Assembly: GCA_003208975.1 (NCBI GenBank)
Contig: QCTY01000001.1
Location: 10,804 to 74,803 of the forward strand
Origin: Synechococcus sp. AG-676-F02
GTDB lineage: Bacteria; Cyanobacteriota; Cyanobacteriia; PCC-6307; Cyanobiaceae
Length of the DNA stretch: 64,000 nucleotides
Reading direction: 5' to 3'
Both the position numbers and the translations under genes were made by a program. How positions within the stretch are numbered: the first letter of the stretch is position 1; every line of letters starts with the position of its first letter. This document shows, in pieces, positions 41,337 through 51,808 of this stretch. The notes beneath the pieces are model-generated. The model was not told where the DNA came from. It ran no database searches and saw only the letters and a program-made list of their open reading frames with translations.

Positions 41337-41931
41337 TCAAGCCAAGCAGCCGCTTCTGTTCCGCAGCATTGACCTCGCGCCATTTTCCTGGGGCAAGTCC
41401 ATCGAGATCCAGGGGTGGTTGTCCATCCATCAGATCAATGCTGCGGCGCATGAGCCGCAGAGTGGGCAAGCCAACGGCTGCGGTCATTCGCCGTGCCTGA
41501 CGGTTACGGCCTTCGCAGAGCTGTAGTTCAAGCCAGCTGGTGGGAATGTTGGCTCGATATCGGATGGGTGGATCCCGTTCTGGAAGCGGCGGAGTATTGG
41601 TCCATGTAAGGCTCCGGGCTTTTGCTGGTCGCGTGGTTTTCCCTTGAACGATTACACCAGTGCGTAGGGATTCCAGCTGATCCTGGGTTACGGAGCCTTC
41701 AACCTGAATCCAGTAGCTGCGCCAATGGCCGAAGCGTGGGTTTGTGAGTCGTTGCTGGAGGCGCCCTTGATTTGTGAGGAGCAGCAGCCCCTCACTGTCT
41801 GCATCAAGCCGGCCTGCTGCATAAACCTCTGGAACCCTTACCAAGTCAGCCAGACATCCCCATCGACTGCCTGGTTCCGGGGTGAACTGGCTGAGGACCC
41901 CGTAGGGCTTATGGAGCAAAAGGGTGGTCAA
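41290..41931 (-). CDS. rRNA pseudouridine synthase (RsuA/RluE family)
   Basis: HKPYGVLSQF, AGRLDADSEGLLLLT, EGRNRQARRM; TTG start at 41931. Confidence 0.92.
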   Translation of the reverse strand: MTTLLLHKPYGVLSQFTPEPGSRWGCLADLVRVPEVYAAGRLDADSEGLLLLTNQGRLQQRLTNPRFGHWRSYWIQVEGSVTQDQLESLRTGVIVQGKTTRPAKARSLTWTNTPPLPERDPPIRYRANIPTSWLELQLCEGRNRQARRMTAAVGLPTLRLMRRSIDLMDGQPPLDLDGLAPGKWREVNAAEQKRLLGLINSRRRQPGEARRRG

Positions 41932-42029
41932 CCGGCGTTTTCGCGGGCCCTCCACAGATTGACAACGCCGATCGAGATCAGCAGCAGCCCGAGGTCCATG
42001 GTGAGGGGGGGGAGGATCACGGATTGCAT
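41928..42029 (-). CDS. 33-aa single-pass membrane micro-protein
   Basis: MQSVILPPLTMDLGLLLISIGVVNLWRARENAG*; its TGA overlaps the TTG of the pseudouridine synthase. Confidence 0.55.
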   Translation of the reverse strand: MQSVILPPLTMDLGLLLISIGVVNLWRARENAG

Positions 42030-42128
42030 CGTTTCAAGGCGAGGAGCCTAGGTGCTGTGAGGTCTTTGCTGAGGGCTTTAGGGGCGATGCCCTTTTAAGC
42101 TGCGTCTCTATCGAGCTGAAGCCGGCGC

Positions 42129-42398
42129 ATGATCGAAACCTCGGGCGTGATCGAGAAGGAACAGGGCAATGGGTTCTATCTGGTCACCCTCGAGCAGCCG
42201 GCTGGTCACCAATGTCTCTGCCGTGCTGCCGGCAAGCTGACGAAGTTCCGGATCAAGTTGCTGGCCGGGGACAAAGTTCTGGTTGAGATCAGTCCCTATG
42301 ACCTCACCCGGGGAAGGATCACGTATCGCGAGCGCAACGCGGGTGCCCCTGGCGGCCGACCAGGTGGCAACCGCCCGGGAGGTCCCCGCCGCCGTTAG
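42129..42398 (+). CDS. infA: Translation initiation factor IF-1
   Basis: [34 protein letters not shown]. Confidence 0.95.
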   Translation: MIETSGVIEKEQGNGFYLVTLEQPAGHQCLCRAAGKLTKFRIKLLAGDKVLVEISPYDLTRGRITYRERNAGAPGGRPGGNRPGGPRRR

Positions 42399-43768
42399 GC
42401 GGGAAGCGCTTCAATCGCACTTTTGAATTCGCTGCGCGGTTTAACGCCGCGCCACTGTTTCACCATCGACTTGCGATGGAATAACTGCACGGTCGGGGTC
42501 CCGCTGACGCCCGCCTGCTCAGCGATCTGTTGATCGGCATCGATATCGATCACCACGGCCTGGGCGTTGCCGTCCAATTCGTTGATGACCCGTTGCAGTT
42601 GTGGTTTCAGCACGTGGCAGGGCCCACAGGTTGGTGAGGTGTAAATCACCATCAATGGTTTGTCGCTGTCGTGATAGAGCTTTCGGAGTGCATAGCTGCC
42701 CTTTTGCCACAGACCCTGGGGGTCAAAGGTTGATTCGGTGGTGACCTCAACGTTCACCGGACGCTCCGCCTGAGCAGGTTCAACCGCTTCTCGCTTCACA
42801 AGCGTGGCCAGATTGTGATGGCTCAGCCAGCGTTCCGCTGCCAGGGCGGCTTGGCAGCCGCTGCCTGCGGCTGTGATGCCTTGCCGCCATTCCGCATCGG
42901 CGACGTCTCCAGCGGAGAAGACCCCATCCAACGAGGTTTCCGGACGTCCTGGAGCAGTGACGAGGTAACCCTTGGAATCCAGTTCGATCTGGCCGCTGAG
43001 CAGATCCGTATTGGGAGTGTGACCGATGGCGTAAAACAATCCTCTGGCCTCAAGGGTTCGGGTTTCGCCGCTGGTCCGATCTCTCAGGGTGAGGTGTTCC
43101 ATCCAGTCGTTGCCGGATACGTCTTCCACCGCACTGTTCCAGTGCACGGTGATCGCAGGGTTTGCCAGCACCCGATCAGCCATGGCAGCACTGGCACGCA
43201 GCTGTTCAGAGCGCACGATCAGATGCACATGACTGCCGTATTTGGTGAGATAAACAGCCTCTTCGCATGCGGAATCACCTCCACCCACGACGGCCAGCTC
43301 AGCGTTACGGAATTGCGGCGTGGCACCGTCGCAGATTGCGCAGGCGCTGATGCCGCTGCTCCAGTACTTTTCTTCGGAAGGCAGGCCCAAACGGTTGGCG
43401 CTGGCTCCTGTGGCAATCACAACCGCATGGCTGAGGATGGTCTGACCGTCAGCTTCGATTTGAAAGGGGCGCTGGCTGAGATCGATGGAATCGGCATCGG
43501 CCTCGAGAAGGTGCGTGCCCCATCTCACCGCCTGCGCCTTCATCAGGTCCATCAGATCCGGGCCCAGGATTCCATCAGGAAACCCCGGGAAGTTCTCCAC
43601 GTGAGTAGTGGTCATCAGTTGGCCACCAGGGATGCCACCTCTCTGAAATCCAGTGATCAGGAGAGGTTGGAGATTCGCCCGTGCGGCGTAAATGGCTGCG
43701 GTGTATCCGGCTGGTCCTGAGCCAACGATCACAACATTCTCAACTTGCCCGGAGCGGTCAGCGGACAT
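42395..43768 (-). CDS. trxB: NADPH-thioredoxin reductase fused to a thioredoxin domain (NTRC type)
   Basis: [20 protein letters not shown], and C-terminal TCGPC thioredoxin domain. Confidence 0.94.
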   Translation of the reverse strand: MSADRSGQVENVVIVGSGPAGYTAAIYAARANLQPLLITGFQRGGIPGGQLMTTTHVENFPGFPDGILGPDLMDLMKAQAVRWGTHLLEADADSIDLSQRPFQIEADGQTILSHAVVIATGASANRLGLPSEEKYWSSGISACAICDGATPQFRNAELAVVGGGDSACEEAVYLTKYGSHVHLIVRSEQLRASAAMADRVLANPAITVHWNSAVEDVSGNDWMEHLTLRDRTSGETRTLEARGLFYAIGHTPNTDLLSGQIELDSKGYLVTAPGRPETSLDGVFSAGDVADAEWRQGITAAGSGCQAALAAERWLSHHNLATLVKREAVEPAQAERPVNVEVTTESTFDPQGLWQKGSYALRKLYHDSDKPLMVIYTSPTCGPCHVLKPQLQRVINELDGNAQAVVIDIDADQQIAEQAGVSGTPTVQLFHRKSMVKQWRGVKPRSEFKSAIEALPA

Positions 43769-43887
43769 CTCTTATACGGAGTGACTATGAGTTGAGTCTA
43801 GAGGCGCAGGCCGCTGAGCCGGAGAGGGATTTGGCTGAAAAATAGATGAGTATCTGATCTAGCAATCGAGAGTGCTTTATGAATTCT

Positions 43888-44136
43888 TTAGATTTCGATT
43901 GGGTTATCGCTGCTCGTTGAATCGCGTTCGCGTCGACCTTTGCTCGGATTGCGGGGAACGGCCAAAACATTGGCCTCAAGCATGGTGTCGTCTTCCCCGA
44001 TGCAGGTAATCCACTCTCGGAACTCCTGCGCGATTGCGTAACTGTCTTCGTAGCGCTCATCCTTGTCCAGCATGGAGATCCGAGTGGATGCCCAACCGGT
44101 TGCAACGGTGACTCGACGTTCCATTGCTGCGTCCAT
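43888..44136 (-). CDS. Small hypothetical protein
   Basis: MDAAMERRVTVATGWASTRI..YEDSYAIAQEFREWI; protein-like composition, fills the gap. Confidence 0.7.
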   Translation of the reverse strand: MDAAMERRVTVATGWASTRISMLDKDERYEDSYAIAQEFREWITCIGEDDTMLEANVLAVPRNPSKGRRERDSTSSDNPIEI

Positions 44137-44233
44137 GCTTCGCTCCTCGTCGTGGATCAATCTGATGGATCAAAGGTCATGCAGTGGACCTTGATTTATG
44201 GAAGTTCGCATTTTTCTTTGCTCAAAGATGTTG

Positions 44234-45652
44234 TCAACGCTGCAAAAAGGATGGAAGTTGTGGCGTCTTGAGGCGGATCACCGCAGCTGCGCCATCGTCC
44301 ACGGCCTCCAGCGGCAATGTTGGCCCCTTTGAGGTCCCCCCAACGGAAGGGACCGCGTCGCTCTGTGGTTCACGGGTTCGCAGAACGTAGGGTTCCGCCA
44401 CCGACCATGAGCGCGCGTATTCCATCAGCAATGGATCGGCTGGTGCATAGACATACGACGGCTTCCTAGGGATTGGTTCGCTTGCGGCGAGGTCCGGAGT
44501 GATCCGCACTGCTCGGGTGATCCCCTGCACAAAACGGCTGCGGGTCACCACGGTCGTCAGGTAGGCCACAACACGCAGTCGAGGCGCATCAAAGCCTTCA
44601 GCGCACATGTCGATGCTGACCAGCCAGTCCGCCTCACCGGTTTGAAACCGGCTCAGCCGCTCTGGGGCCTCCGTGTCCTGAGAGTGCACCAGATCCACGC
44701 GATGGCCGTCTTCCCGAAGAACAGCCGCGATTGCACTGGCGTGGTCGATGTCACGGGCGATCACTAGTCCAGCCGCCCTTGGATGGCTTTCACGGAGAGC
44801 GGTCAGGCGCTGCTGAGCTTGCAGCAGCACCTGCTGTCCGATGCCGCTGCTGTCCGCCAAGCGGATGGCCCGTCGGAGGTTGCGTGCTCGCCAGCTCTCT
44901 CGTTGTTCCTGCGACAACGGTGATACGTCCCGATCCGGATGCCCTTCCAGGCTGTGCTCCACCCAGCCGTCCTGAAATCGGAATTCCAGGGGCCTGACAT
45001 CGCCGGCAGCGATCAACTCTCGAGGCTCAACGCATAGGTCGGGCTGGATCTGCTCGATCCGTTCCCCGTTCAGAATGGTCTGGATGCGTCGAGCTGCGCA
45101 GAAGCCGAGATTGTCAGCCCGAAAGGGCGTGCCGGTCAGCCCAAGTCGGAGACGCATCGGCGATGTCAGCTCCGAGAAGGTCTGTCCCCAGATCGCCGCG
45201 GTGGGGTCCTCAGGATCCACACCCAGATGGTGGGCTTCATCGGCGATCGCAAGAACCCCATGGGCTGGCCATGCCTGCAGAGCGACTTCAAGGTGCTGAG
45301 GTTGCCGCGCAGCGCTCTGGTAAGTCAGAAGCAGGCCATCCGCCAGAGAGGCCTCCTCGCCGCAACCGGGCCAGGACATCAGCTTCAGTCCCACCCGAGA
45401 TGCCGCTTTCTGCCATTGCTCAAGGATCGATGTGCGGTGGCAGAAGACAAGAAAACGCTGCAACCGCCCCTCCCGCTGCATGGCCTGAAAAGCAAGCAGC
45501 GCGCCCAGCGTCTTGCCGGCACCGGGTCCAGCGAACACCAGCAGGTCCTGGCTCGCGTTGTTGTCTCCATCAAGTCGACGGCGAAGCAGCTGAATCAGTT
45601 GCTGCTGCCATTGCCGTGGTCGGACCACCGCGGCCGGAGGCCGATCCTCCAC
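44234..45652 (-). CDS. SF2 DEAD/DEAH-box helicase
   Basis: AGPGAGKT, DEAHH, LTGTPFR, AEGFDAP, QGITRAVR. Confidence 0.9.
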   Translation of the reverse strand: MEDRPPAAVVRPRQWQQQLIQLLRRRLDGDNNASQDLLVFAGPGAGKTLGALLAFQAMQREGRLQRFLVFCHRTSILEQWQKAASRVGLKLMSWPGCGEEASLADGLLLTYQSAARQPQHLEVALQAWPAHGVLAIADEAHHLGVDPEDPTAAIWGQTFSELTSPMRLRLGLTGTPFRADNLGFCAARRIQTILNGERIEQIQPDLCVEPRELIAAGDVRPLEFRFQDGWVEHSLEGHPDRDVSPLSQEQRESWRARNLRRAIRLADSSGIGQQVLLQAQQRLTALRESHPRAAGLVIARDIDHASAIAAVLREDGHRVDLVHSQDTEAPERLSRFQTGEADWLVSIDMCAEGFDAPRLRVVAYLTTVVTRSRFVQGITRAVRITPDLAASEPIPRKPSYVYAPADPLLMEYARSWSVAEPYVLRTREPQSDAVPSVGGTSKGPTLPLEAVDDGAAAVIRLKTPQLPSFLQR

Positions 45653-45776
45653 ATCAAAGCTGAATAACGAGATAGCGGCTGTGGGAAAGATGAGTCTTTT
45701 TAACCATTCCGAACCCGACTGGCATCTTTAGGTTCCGGCCAACAGCCTTAGTTCCGGCATCGTCCGGGCGTCAGCC

Positions 45777-45953
45777 ATGGCCCAGCGCCCTCCATCATCC
45801 GAAATGCTCGATTACTGGCGTCGATGGTTGGACCTCTGCTGGAACGATGAGTGCGACATCGATCCATTGATTCTGCGGACCCGCCTCCTGCGCCGCTGGG
45901 GACGGTGGCGGCAGGCCCGTTGTGTGGAGCAGGAGCTGCTCCCAATCATTTGA
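45777..45953 (+). CDS. 58-aa hypothetical protein
   Basis: MAQRPPSSEMLDYWRRWLDLCWNDECDIDPLILRTRLLRRWGRWRQARCVEQELLPII*; fills the gap, ends 9 nt before the convergent gene, below the track cutoff. Confidence 0.65.
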   Translation: MAQRPPSSEMLDYWRRWLDLCWNDECDIDPLILRTRLLRRWGRWRQARCVEQELLPII

Positions 45954-45962
45954 AGGGTTGCT

Positions 45963-46541
45963 TCAGAGCGCTTCGGCGTGATTCACCACAAGGCGCTCCA
46001 CATCTTCAAGCGCGTCTTCTGAGGCCCTGCGGGCTGCTTGAAAATCTCCTTTTGCGGGTTCCAGCAGGTGTTCGGCAAGGCGATCGAGTAGCTCCTGTCG
46101 CCGTTCTGCCAGCATCGCCACGATTTCAGTTTCCACCAGGGTTTTGACCGCCTGGTTCCGCAGGTCATCCTCCTCCGCCTCGGCGAAGGTTCCCTGCACA
46201 AGCTCCTGGATGAAGAGGCGATGAACCTCGCTGCTGCGGAGGAAGCTCTCCGTGGCGTTGATGATTCCGTCCACCAGGGTTCGGTCGGGTTCGGATTCAC
46301 GCTCGTTCAGCTTGAATTCCCAGTCCAGATGACGGCGCTGCCAGCCCGAGGCATGCAGGCTTGGCATCACGCTCTGGGAAAAGCTGTCGACGGAGATTTC
46401 GTAGATCCGCTCCGCCAGACGCTCGCACCAGTCCCTGCCATGTTCATTCAGGGTTGTCTGCATGTGCTGACGGTCCACGGAATGCCCACCGTGATGACTG
46501 TGGCAAACGCCATCCGGGCATTCGATTGCGCTGAGACCCAT
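45963..46541 (-). CDS. Conserved picocyanobacterial hypothetical protein with N-terminal Cys/His cluster
   Basis: MGLSAIECPDGVCHSHHGGH, helical remainder; divergent from pntA. Confidence 0.8.
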   Translation of the reverse strand: MGLSAIECPDGVCHSHHGGHSVDRQHMQTTLNEHGRDWCERLAERIYEISVDSFSQSVMPSLHASGWQRRHLDWEFKLNERESEPDRTLVDGIINATESFLRSSEVHRLFIQELVQGTFAEAEEDDLRNQAVKTLVETEIVAMLAERRQELLDRLAEHLLEPAKGDFQAARRASEDALEDVERLVVNHAEAL

Positions 46542-46667
46542 GGGGAACAATCAATACGTTCTCCCCCTAGCCAGACTTGCCGGGAGCGCCGTTGGTTCTT
46601 CAGAAAACCTGCGGATATTTCAGAGGTTGACCCCGTAACCTTTCGTGGGTCGGTGGATGTGCACGCC

Positions 46668-47807
46668 TTGCCCAGACTTCTGATACCGGTTGAGACAGCT
46701 CCGGGTGAAACACGGGTCGCAGCGACGCCCGACACGGTTAAAAAATTCGTCTCCCTCGGTTGCAATGTGACCGTGGAGCGGGGGGCTGGTTCAGCCTCCG
46801 GCTACCTCGATGATTCGTATGGAGCCAATGGAGCTGAACTGGCCGACCCCGGCGATGGAGCTGCATGGTCGGCCGCAGATGCACTGTTATGCGTTCAGAG
46901 TCCGTCTGAGGTGAGCCTGGGACGTCTTCGCAAGGGTGCCCTTGTGGTTGGTCTGCTTGCGCCATACGACAACGGAGGGCTCACGGCAAATCTCAAGCGC
47001 AGCTGCCTTTCGGCCATGGCCTTGGAGCTCCTGCCCCGGATCAGTCGAGCCCAGTCTGCGGATGCTCTTTCGTCGCAGGCCAACATCGCTGGATACAAAT
47101 CCGTGCTGTTGGCTTCGGCCGCCCTGGACCGCTACTTCCCCATGCTGATGACAGCGGCGGGAACCGTTCAACCGGCAAGGGTGGTGATCCTCGGGGCCGG
47201 CGTGGCCGGTCTGCAGGCGGTGGCCACCGCACGCCGACTTGGTGCCGTGGTTTATGTGAGCGATATTCGACCTGCTGTGAAGGAGCAGGTGGAGTCTCTC
47301 GGCGGACGGTTCATCGATCCCCCTGAAATGGACGACAAGCCTGCGGAATCCGGTGGGTATGCCAACCAGGCCTCCGATGCTTTTCTGGCCGCGCAGCGTC
47401 AGCAGTTGTCCGACCAGCTGGCCGAAGCAGATGTGGCCATCTGCACCGCCCAGGTCCCTGGTCGTCAGGCTCCGCGCTTGATCAGTGAAGACATGCTGGA
47501 TCGCATGCGGCCTGGTGCGGTTGTGGTCGATCTGGCCGTGGCCCAAGGTGGCAACTGCGCCGGCACCGTTTCAGGCCAGACCGTTGAAAGGAAGGGCGTG
47601 AAGCTCATTGGTGGCAATGATCTGCCCTGCACGGTGCCCAATCACGCCAGTGCGCTGTATGCCAGGAATCTTGTGGCGTTGCTTGAACCCACTCTCAAGG
47701 ACAGTTCCCTCAGCCTCGATCTCGATGATGAGTTGATTGCCGGCTGTCTCATCGTCCAGGACGGCACGATCCGCCGCGGCGACGTTCTCACCCCTGCAGC
47801 TAACTGA
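46668..47807 (+). CDS. pntA: NAD(P) transhydrogenase alpha subunit, part 1
   Basis: ETRVAATP, PRISRAQS, GAGVAGLQA, VDLA..QGGNC. Confidence 0.95.
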   Translation: MPRLLIPVETAPGETRVAATPDTVKKFVSLGCNVTVERGAGSASGYLDDSYGANGAELADPGDGAAWSAADALLCVQSPSEVSLGRLRKGALVVGLLAPYDNGGLTANLKRSCLSAMALELLPRISRAQSADALSSQANIAGYKSVLLASAALDRYFPMLMTAAGTVQPARVVILGAGVAGLQAVATARRLGAVVYVSDIRPAVKEQVESLGGRFIDPPEMDDKPAESGGYANQASDAFLAAQRQQLSDQLAEADVAICTAQVPGRQAPRLISEDMLDRMRPGAVVVDLAVAQGGNCAGTVSGQTVERKGVKLIGGNDLPCTVPNHASALYARNLVALLEPTLKDSSLSLDLDDELIAGCLIVQDGTIRRGDVLTPAAN

Positions 47808-48103
47808 TGTTTGTTGAATTTCTCTGGGTCCTCCTGCTCGGCAGCCTTCTTGGGTTTGAGCTGATCGGCAAAGTGCCCCCCACGCTTCACACCCCATTGA
47901 TGAGTGGAGCCAATGCCATCTCAGGCATCACCGTTCTTGCAGCTCTCACCGCCATCATCAAGGCGGGCAATAACACCGCTCTGCTGCTGCTCGGTTCGGT
48001 GTCTCTCGGCTTCGCCCTGTTCAACGTGATCGGTGGCTTCCTGGTGACCGATCGAATGCTGGCCATGTTCAGCCGCAAGCCCGCCCGCAAGGAGAACCGC
48101 TGA
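47807..48103 (+). CDS. pntA: NAD(P) transhydrogenase alpha subunit, part 2 (membrane)
   Basis: VPPTLHTPLMSGANAISG, NVIGGFLVTDRMLAMF. Confidence 0.95.
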   Translation: MFVEFLWVLLLGSLLGFELIGKVPPTLHTPLMSGANAISGITVLAALTAIIKAGNNTALLLLGSVSLGFALFNVIGGFLVTDRMLAMFSRKPARKENR

Positions 48104-49524
48104 TGTCTGACCTTCTTAAGTACTCAATCGAGCTCGTTGCTGTTCTGCTGCTGGCCCTTGGTATCAAAGGTCTTTCCAAGGTGCGTTCGGCGCGTGGTGC
48201 CAACCAAGTCGCTGCCATCGCCATGGCTTTGGCTGTTCTTGGTCTGCTGATCAGCTATGCCGGCGAACCTTCGTTCAATGCCCAGGCTTGGACGTGGATC
48301 ATCGGTGGCACCGCCGTCGGTGGTGTGCTGGGTGCGGTCATGGCCCAGCGGGTGCCGATGACTTCGATGCCGGAAACCGTTGCTTTGTTCAACGGTTGCG
48401 GTGGCATGTCTTCCTTGCTGGTGGCACTCGCCGCTGCGCTGTATCCAGCGTCCCTTGATGCCACTGGTCCCGTGGCGCTGGTGTCCATTGTCGTTTCGGT
48501 GTTCGTGGGCTCGATCACATTCACCGGCTCGATTGTGGCCATGGCCAAGCTGCAGGGGTGGCTGTCCACTCCTCCATGGATGCAGAGCAAACTGCGACAT
48601 GTCTTCAACATCGCACTGGCGGTTGCGGCGCTTATTGGCGCTGTGGAGATGATTCGCAACGCCGATTCGGGCACAGGGCTCTGGCTTCTGATCGTCTCCT
48701 CCAGCCTGCTGGGCATCGGGGTCACCCTTCCCATTGGAGGGGCAGACATGCCTGTGGTGATTTCACTGCTCAACAGCTATTCCGGTGTTGCAGCAGCGGC
48801 TGCCGGCTTCGTGGTTGGAAGTCAGTTGTTGATCGTGGCTGGAGCCATGGTCGGGGCTGCCGGTTTGATCCTCACCCAAGTCATGTGTAACGGCATGAAC
48901 CGCTCCCTGGTGTCTGTGCTGTTCGGTGGAGCCCTTGGAGCCAGCTCAGTTGCAGGCGGCGGTGGCGGCGAGTACACCAACATCACCAGCTGCAGTGTTG
49001 AGGAGTGTGCCCTCACCCTCGAAGCTGCTGAGCGTGTCGTCATCGTTCCCGGCTATGGCCTGGCGGTGGCACAGGCTCAACACACCCTGCGGGAGGTCAC
49101 CCGCGTGTTGGAGAGCGCAGGCATCGATGTGGCCTATGCCATTCACCCCGTGGCAGGACGCATGCCTGGACATATGAATGTGCTGCTCGCTGAGGCGGAT
49201 GTTCCCTATGAGCAGCTCAAGGAGATGGACCAGATCAACCCCGAATTTCCAGCGGCGGACGTGGTTCTCGTTCTGGGTGCGAACGACGTGGTCAACCCAC
49301 AAGCCAAGAGTGATCCCGACTCCCCCCTCTACGGCATGCCCGTGTTGGATGTGCAGGAGGCCCGCACCGTTTTTGTGGTGAAGCGCGGCATGAGTGCTGG
49401 TTATTCCGGCATCAAGAATGACCTGTTTGAACTGGTTAACACCTCGATGCTGTTTGGGGATGCAAAGAAGGTTCTTGGAGATCTGCTGGTGGAACTCAAG
49501 GATCTGGGGCTCGGGAAAAAGTGA
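48103..49524 (+). CDS. pntB: NAD(P) transhydrogenase beta subunit
   Basis: PIGGADMPVVISLLNSYSG, PGYGLAVAQAQ, HPVAGRMPGHMNV, GANDVVNP. Confidence 0.97.
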   Translation: MSDLLKYSIELVAVLLLALGIKGLSKVRSARGANQVAAIAMALAVLGLLISYAGEPSFNAQAWTWIIGGTAVGGVLGAVMAQRVPMTSMPETVALFNGCGGMSSLLVALAAALYPASLDATGPVALVSIVVSVFVGSITFTGSIVAMAKLQGWLSTPPWMQSKLRHVFNIALAVAALIGAVEMIRNADSGTGLWLLIVSSSLLGIGVTLPIGGADMPVVISLLNSYSGVAAAAAGFVVGSQLLIVAGAMVGAAGLILTQVMCNGMNRSLVSVLFGGALGASSVAGGGGGEYTNITSCSVEECALTLEAAERVVIVPGYGLAVAQAQHTLREVTRVLESAGIDVAYAIHPVAGRMPGHMNVLLAEADVPYEQLKEMDQINPEFPAADVVLVLGANDVVNPQAKSDPDSPLYGMPVLDVQEARTVFVVKRGMSAGYSGIKNDLFELVNTSMLFGDAKKVLGDLLVELKDLGLGKK

Positions 49525-50645
49525 GCCCTTTCGGGGTGGACAATCCCCGGTTGCGTGAGCAGCTGGGGGCTTCCTTGTTTCGGCAGCGATGGCCATGGAT
49601 CGGTGGTGACCTGCAAACGCTGAGGGACACCTTGCGGCCTGTGGATCTCCCGCTCGATCAAGGCACGCCCATTCGCATTCCTGTGCCGGCTCTCCCCAGT
49701 GGAGCTGCTGAAGCCGGTGAGTTGCTGGCATATCTCGACAGGCCTTTTGAACCGGTTGGAGCTTCATCCCCGCCGCCCAAGGCCCTGGTGGTGTTGCTTC
49801 ACGGTTTGGGGGGATCCAGTCGCAGGTCAGGCGTGCGCCGGATGGGTCTGAGTTTGCAGAGGGCTGGCTATGCCGTTTTGCGCCTCAATCTGCGTGGGGC
49901 TGATCCAGGTCGTCACCTTGCGGGTGGTACCTACGCCGCTGCATGCAACAGCGACCTGCTGCCAGTGCTGGAAATGGCTCGAGCTCTTGCGATTCAGCTG
50001 GCAGGGGCAGATTCCACTGAATCCTCTCTGCCCCTTTATGGAGCAGGGTTTTCCCTTGGTGGAACGATGCTGCTCAACGCTTGCCTGGAATCAACAGGGG
50101 TGTTGGATCGATTGTTCTGTGCCAGCAGCCCCCTGGATCTGGCGATTTGCAGTGCTTCGATTGAGCGGCCTCGGAATCGCATCTATCAACACTGGTTGCT
50201 TCAACGTCTCGTCCGTCAGACCCTGGCAGATCCATGGGGTGCCAGTGAGCGGGAGCAGGAGCTGTTGATGCAACAACCTCTCTCGATTCGGGCCTTTGAT
50301 GCAGCAGTGACGGCACCTCGCTGGGGATATGCCTCAGTGGATGATTACTACGCACTTGCTTCACCAATGCCTCGCCTGTTGGATGCATCCCGGCAACTTC
50401 CGCCCACACTGATTCTTCAGGCCTTTGATGATCCTTGGGTTCCTGCATCTACAGCAATTCACTTAAATCATAAATTGTCCAAACAAGAATCTGATGATTG
50501 TTTATTGCCTTTCAAGGTATTGATTACAGCGCGTGGGGGACATAATGGTTTCCATGGCACCGGTGAAAGTCTTATCAGCGGATGTTGGTCAGATCGATTG
50601 GCTTGTCATTGGTTTGATCAAAGCTGTCAGTCTTCTGAAGCTTAG
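49521..50645 (+). CDS. YheT-family alpha/beta hydrolase
   Basis: GGDLQT, LHGLGGSS, GFSLGG, DDPWVP, GGHNGF. Confidence 0.88.
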   Translation: MSPFGVDNPRLREQLGASLFRQRWPWIGGDLQTLRDTLRPVDLPLDQGTPIRIPVPALPSGAAEAGELLAYLDRPFEPVGASSPPPKALVVLLHGLGGSSRRSGVRRMGLSLQRAGYAVLRLNLRGADPGRHLAGGTYAAACNSDLLPVLEMARALAIQLAGADSTESSLPLYGAGFSLGGTMLLNACLESTGVLDRLFCASSPLDLAICSASIERPRNRIYQHWLLQRLVRQTLADPWGASEREQELLMQQPLSIRAFDAAVTAPRWGYASVDDYYALASPMPRLLDASRQLPPTLILQAFDDPWVPASTAIHLNHKLSKQESDDCLLPFKVLITARGGHNGFHGTGESLISGCWSDRLACHWFDQSCQSSEA

Positions 50646-50647
50646 AG

Positions 50648-51808
50648 TTAATGACTGACGGTTTGATAATAAAATGCTTTGTCTGATTGGTTTTGGTAAA
50701 CCGCTCCGCCACAATCTGTTGCAACGCGCCAAAGTGCACGATGGATTGGAGTGGGGTCGAATCGAACAAGCTCGGGGAAGCGCTGTCTCAATAGCTCTGT
50801 TCCACGCCAGGCGTTGTAGTGCGGAATTGATGCATTGACGTGGTGGCAAACATGAGTTGAACCAATGCCATGGTGCAGAAAATTCAGCACAGGTCCGTAG
50901 GGACGGTCAACCGTTTGCAGAGCACCCTTAGACCAAGACCAGGTTTCGTTTGAAAAGTGTGGAATATTGTTGTCGGTATGTTGCAGCCATGTGTAGATCG
51001 TAAGCCACATATTTATCACCAAATATGGCAGACAGTAGAGGCAGAGAACGCGAGCTAATGAGAATTGAATGGAGGCAAAAATCAGAATCATGATCATTGC
51101 CATCAAACCATAGTTGGAACGCATCATCCTTTTTTTGAACGATGCTGGGAACAAGGATCTTTTTCCTTTCTCAGCAGCACTTTGGTTCCAGAAGTGAGAG
51201 GTGGGAGAGCCATAATCTTCTCCTCCAGTGGCTCCAAGGAAAAGGTAGAGCTGCCAGCCGATCACCAGGTGATTAAAAAGGGAAATCAGGCCAAAAACAA
51301 CAGGATTGAGTTTGCTTTTGAGCTGTTCCGTCAATTTTCCCTGGGGTGAAGTGGCGCGTGGCGGTACGTGCGTTTCTCCTTGTTCCAGGTGATTGCAATG
51401 GGCATGATGCACTGCATGGCTGTGGGCCCAGCTGTAGTAAGGCACCAATAGCGCGCTGTGCAAAACAAAGCCCACCACGCCCTCAATGCGTCGATTGGGA
51501 TGGAATGCGTGATGGCCGCATTCATGGGCAAGGACCCAGCACCCCATCGCGATGGTGCCTGTGATCGCTCCATAAAGCAGCCAGAGGGGAGATGCTGCAG
51601 GAGTGAGAGGGATGAGCGTGCCCAATCCAACAGCCAGCAGAGAAAGTCCTGTGGACACGGCCAAGCTTCCCCAGGCTTTGATGGGGTTGAACTTGCTGAG
51701 TTCCTTAGGCAGGGCGCTGAGTAGTTCGGCTTTGGTGGGGTAAGGGTCTGTTTTGGGGCTGTTTCTAAGGCCAGCTCTTGGCAGGCGAAGAGATGTTGTC
51801 AAAGTCAA
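50648..51808 (-). CDS. Membrane fatty acid desaturase, delta-12/FAD2-like
   Basis: His boxes HECGH, HAVHH, HVCHH; LVPYYSW, TWLQHT, TVDRPYG. Confidence 0.9.
   Translation of the reverse strand: MTLTTSLRLPRAGLRNSPKTDPYPTKAELLSALPKELSKFNPIKAWGSLAVSTGLSLLAVGLGTLIPLTPAASPLWLLYGAITGTIAMGCWVLAHECGHHAFHPNRRIEGVVGFVLHSALLVPYYSWAHSHAVHHAHCNHLEQGETHVPPRATSPQGKLTEQLKSKLNPVVFGLISLFNHLVIGWQLYLFLGATGGEDYGSPTSHFWNQSAAEKGKRSLFPASFKKRMMRSNYGLMAMIMILIFASIQFSLARVLCLYCLPYLVINMWLTIYTWLQHTDNNIPHFSNETWSWSKGALQTVDRPYGPVLNFLHHGIGSTHVCHHVNASIPHYNAWRGTELLRQRFPELVRFDPTPIHRALWRVATDCGGAVYQNQSDKAFYYQTVSH

Noticed and set aside
42395-43768. Thioredoxin reductase-thioredoxin fusion
   Set aside because: Established NTRC architecture of cyanobacteria and plastids.
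45748-45945. 65-aa minus-strand ORF from the track
   Set aside because: The plus-strand 58-aa ORF at 45777-45953 has an ATG start and more protein-like sequence; this is probably its shadow.
46221-46667. Apparent 149-aa N-terminal extension of PntA
   Set aside because: It overlaps the divergent gene on the opposite strand; homology begins at PRLLIP (46668). The split alpha subunit is also a common arrangement.
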